From assembly GCA_043228905.1 (NCBI GenBank), contig JBHGNT010000008.1:9796001-9860000 (forward strand): a DNA stretch of 64,000 nt. Direction: 5' to 3'. The stretch's first letter is position 1; each line of letters starts with the position of its first letter. The notes beneath the pieces were generated by a model, which saw only the letters and a program-made list of their open reading frames with translations, had not been told where the DNA came from and made no database searches. A program made the position numbers and the translations under genes. Of this stretch, positions 60,601 to 64,000 are shown piece after piece. This stretch comes from Azolla caroliniana. Taxonomy: Eukaryota > Plantae > Polypodiophyta.

Positions 60601-62983
60601 AAGATCCGGCCGAAGACGGTGAAGAAACAGAACCAGTCGAGGAAGATGAAAATGATACCGGAACCGGCCCCGATCCCGAAATGGATTCGGATGAAGAAGA
60701 ATCGGAAGAACCGGTTACCGAAGCTCCGGAACGGAGATATCCTCTAAGAGAGAGAAGGGCCCCCCGGAGATTTCCGGAACCAGAGCACGTGCTGCTAACC
60801 GACGAGGGGGAGCCGGAGAGCTTTGAAGAAGCAAAGCATGACACCCAGAGCCGCAGGTGGTTGAGTGCCATGCAGGACGAGATGGATTCCCTGCATGAGA
60901 ACCACACATATGAACTTGTGGAGTTGCCGAAAGGAAAGCGGGCACTTCGAAACAAGTGGGTGTTCAAGCTGAAACCGTGAGATGCCGGAAACAAAGCCAG
61001 GATCGTGGTGAAGGGGTTTCAGCAGAAGAAGGGCGTCGACTTCGACGAGATATTTGCCCCGGTAGTGAAGATGACCTCCATCCGAACGGTGCTGAGCATA
61101 GCGGCAAGCATGGACCTCGAGGTAGAACAGATGGACGTGAAGGCGGCATTCCTTCACGGTGACCTCGAAGAAGAGATCTACATGCAGCAACCGGAAGGAT
61201 TCGAGAAGAAAGGGAAGGAGCACCTGCTATGCCGGTTAAAGAAGAGCCTCTACGGTCTGAAGCAGGCTCCCCGGCAATGGTACCGGAAGTTCGACTCCTT
61301 CATGACAGACGAAGGGTACCACAAAACGCAGTCCGATCACTGTGTGTTTGTGAAGAAGTTCGAAGGAGGAGACTTTCTAATACTCCTCCTGTACGTGGAC
61401 GACATGTTGATCGTCGGACGAGACCAGGTCAAAATACGGATGCTGAAGAAGGCTCTTCACCGAACCTTCTCAATGAAGGACTTGGGTCCGGCGAGACAAA
61501 TACTAGGGATGCACATCATTCGGGACCGGAGCAAGAAGCAGTTGTGGCTGTCACAGGAGAAGTACGTGACAAAGGTGCTTAAACGGTTCAACATGTCGGA
61601 AGCAAGACCGGTCGGATCGACCCTCCCGGCAAACTACAAGCTGTCCAGCAAGCAAAGCCCCAAGACAAAGGCTGAGAAGGAGGACATGATGAAAGTGCCA
61701 TATGCCTCTGCCGTCGGAAGCTTGATGTACGCAATGGTGTGTACAAGACCGGACATTGGATACGCAGTCGGAGTGGTGAGTCGGTACATGAGCAATCCCG
61801 GCAAAGAGCATTGGAACGCGACCAAGTGGATACTCCGATACCTGAAGGGCACGGCAAACGTGTGCCTCCGATTCGGCTCCGGTAAGCCCGAACTCGACGG
61901 CTTCACCGATTCGGATATGTCGGCTGATGCAGATACCAGCCGGTCCACATCAGGGTATGTGATGACGTATGCAGGGGGAGCTGTTTCATGGCAGTCGAGG
62001 CTGCAGAAGACAGTTGCGTTGTCAACCACGGAGGCGGAGTACATGGCGGCTGTTGAAGCCGGCAAGGAAATAATATGGATGAAGGACTTCATTAGAGAGC
62101 TCGGTATCCGGCAGGAGGAGTACCGACTCTACTGTGACAGTCAGAGTGCAATCCACCTTGTGAAGAACGCGGCCTATCACTCCCGGACGAAGCACATCCA
62201 GCGAAGATATCACTGGATCCGGGAAAGGATAGAAGACAAGGAGTTCGTGCTGACGAAGATCCACACGGACGAGAACGGGTCGGATATGCTGACCAAGGTG
62301 CTCACACCCGACAAGCTGGAAGCGTGCCGGAAGAGGATCGGATTGGAGAGACATCCCATGCCGAAGTGAAGGGGGAGTTTGTTGGGATTACGGTCCCTTC
62401 GGATGGGATGGTCGGATGTCGGAGATGAATGCCGACAAGCCCGGTTTCGGTTTCGGAACCGGATGATGATGACCCCGGCTTCGGAGCCGGATGACGAATG
62501 TACCCGGAGCGAGATCCGGATGCGGGGACATATCTGTGAATATGTTTGCCAAGGGCCCTTGAGGCTATAGTTTGTAAATAGCCCTAAAGTCATATGTGTA
62601 TAAATATGACTTAGGGCAAACAGTTTTAATGTTGCTACTTATTTTTCTGTTTTTCCACTCAAGAGGAGTGAAGAGAGAGCAGTCGTGAGAGAGATAGAGC
62701 GCGAGAGAGAGGAAGAGGTCGACGCCTCTGTGTATTTCCGCCGCTTGTGGCGAGGACAGCGAACTCAAGGTCGTCGCCTTGCAGCTCGCCATTGTATACT
62801 TCTCTGTGCATAGTTTTGGTTCGGAGTCTTGTACTCCCGTGGTTTTTCCCGTACAGGGTTTTCCACGATAAATCGTGTGTCCTCTCTATTTTTCGCATTT
62901 CCCATTTTCTGCAACAACGATTCGTGTGTTTCCTTGGTTGTGGCCGAGAGGTGAAGTTCGGAAAGTTTCGATTATTTCCATCA
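57675..62983 (+). mobile_element. Young full-length Tnt1/Tork-like Ty1/copia element
   Basis: LTRs 57675-58277 and 62380-62983 with about 3 differences seen; TSD CCTGA (57670-57674 / 62984-62988); PBS TGGTATCAGAGC at 58281; PPT GAAGGGGGAG. Confidence 0.96.
58308..62369 (+). pseudogene. Copia gag-pol polyprotein in a single frame with two in-frame stops (59367-59369, 60978-60980)
   Basis: CFHCGKPGHFRKNC, WVVDSGASFH, IRADNGGEY, LLLYVDDML, LYCDSQSAIHL; all three ORF-track segments share one frame. Confidence 0.92.
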
Positions 62984-64000
62984 CCTGATGCTATGGGCGT
63001 CCATCAATGACTCCGACTGACACTGGGCTTGGGAGCTTATGCAACTGAATATTATGCATTACAACAAACTCACGATCCATGAAACTAGAGTTGGCTCCAG
63101 AGTCTAAGAGGGCAGAAGCTGGGACTCGATGGCACCTAGATGTGTTAAGCTCAACTTGTGCAGAGAAAACTCGACTAACTTGACCGGATGAAATGGAACC
63201 ACAACTAGGGACGGATGTTACATGCCTAGGGTTGTCCAACCAAATGGCTCCGATTTTGGCCGGACTTACTCGTTTAACACATCATCTAATTGGCTGAAGA
63301 CATCAAATGTATTTTTATGACAGGGACTACTAGGCCTACTTGGGTTACGAGAAGGTGGGGCAGAAATTGAGATGGGATTGTCATCAACACTTTCTTGGTT
63401 AACTTGTCATTGTGGTTTATGTGGACAATTCACAGCAATATGCCCTGGACCACCACAATAGAGGCATAGACGATTCGCTCACCGTCGTTGCTTTTCCGCA
63501 TCCGATAATGGTCCTCGACGTCGTGTTGTCTCGATTTCCATTGGAGTAGGGCCTTCCACCACACTTGACTTTGATACTTGGGGTGGAGTTGCAACCACCG
63601 AAGCATATGTTTCTGTTGGTCGAAAGCGTAACATTTGTTGGCGCTCAGAACGCCGCTCAAATAAGCGATTGTCACATCGCACGGCTTGGCTTACTGCTTC
63701 AGTAAGAGATTTTGGATCATCATGGAAGGTAAGAAGTAAATCCTTCACATCATTGCACAGACCTTGAAGAAATTGGTCCATTAATGCCGCCTCGTCCCAT
63801 GGAATATCACATGCTAGAAGGCGAAAATCTGCAACATAAGCAGAAGCAGGAAGATCTCCTTGTCGTAATCACCGAATTTTGTTTATTGCAGTCCTCATAC
63901 TATCGGTGTCTCCAAAGTTGGCTTGGAACTCATTAATAAACCCTTCAAAATCTTCTAATAATGGTGAGTGCTTCTCTAGGAGTGGTGCAAACCACGCTAA

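Larger units (their letters stand above)
56511..64000 (-). mobile_element. Second Tcn1-like chromovirus copy (gag ~63270-64000, protease, RT), interrupted in the protease by the copia at 57675-62983
   Basis: RT ORF 56362-57459 (YLDD); protease ALLDSGANSSFMD (62991-63239) continuing at 57674; gag PTPMEIETTRRRGPLS. Paralogous to 46058-48200. Confidence 0.88.

Overview
Eukaryotic, gene-poor window that looks like land-plant heterochromatin. The mix of Tcn1-like chromoviruses, Tnt1/Tork-like copia and non-chromoviral gypsy elements suggests a bryophyte such as a moss (inference). Roughly 85-90% is nested LTR retrotransposons. Five paired-LTR elements and one solo LTR can be bounded exactly by LTR ends and target-site duplications (TSDs): solo LTR 6405-7150, copia 12676-17084, copia 29495-42898, gypsy 33873-41353, chromovirus 43450-49079 and copia 57675-62983. 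The main non-retroelement signal is a spliced three-exon reading frame (52683-53847, minus) encoding a bacterial-type beta-class amino (N6A/N4C) DNA methyltransferase. It lies about 1.1 kb from a 2.3-kb foldback element built from inverted 83-bp repeats. Other notable signals are tRNA-like Pol III A/B-box modules inside the LTRs of several gypsy-type families, two different -1 frameshift cassettes, and a Tf1-type self-priming signal. All coordinates were read by eye and no database searches were run.
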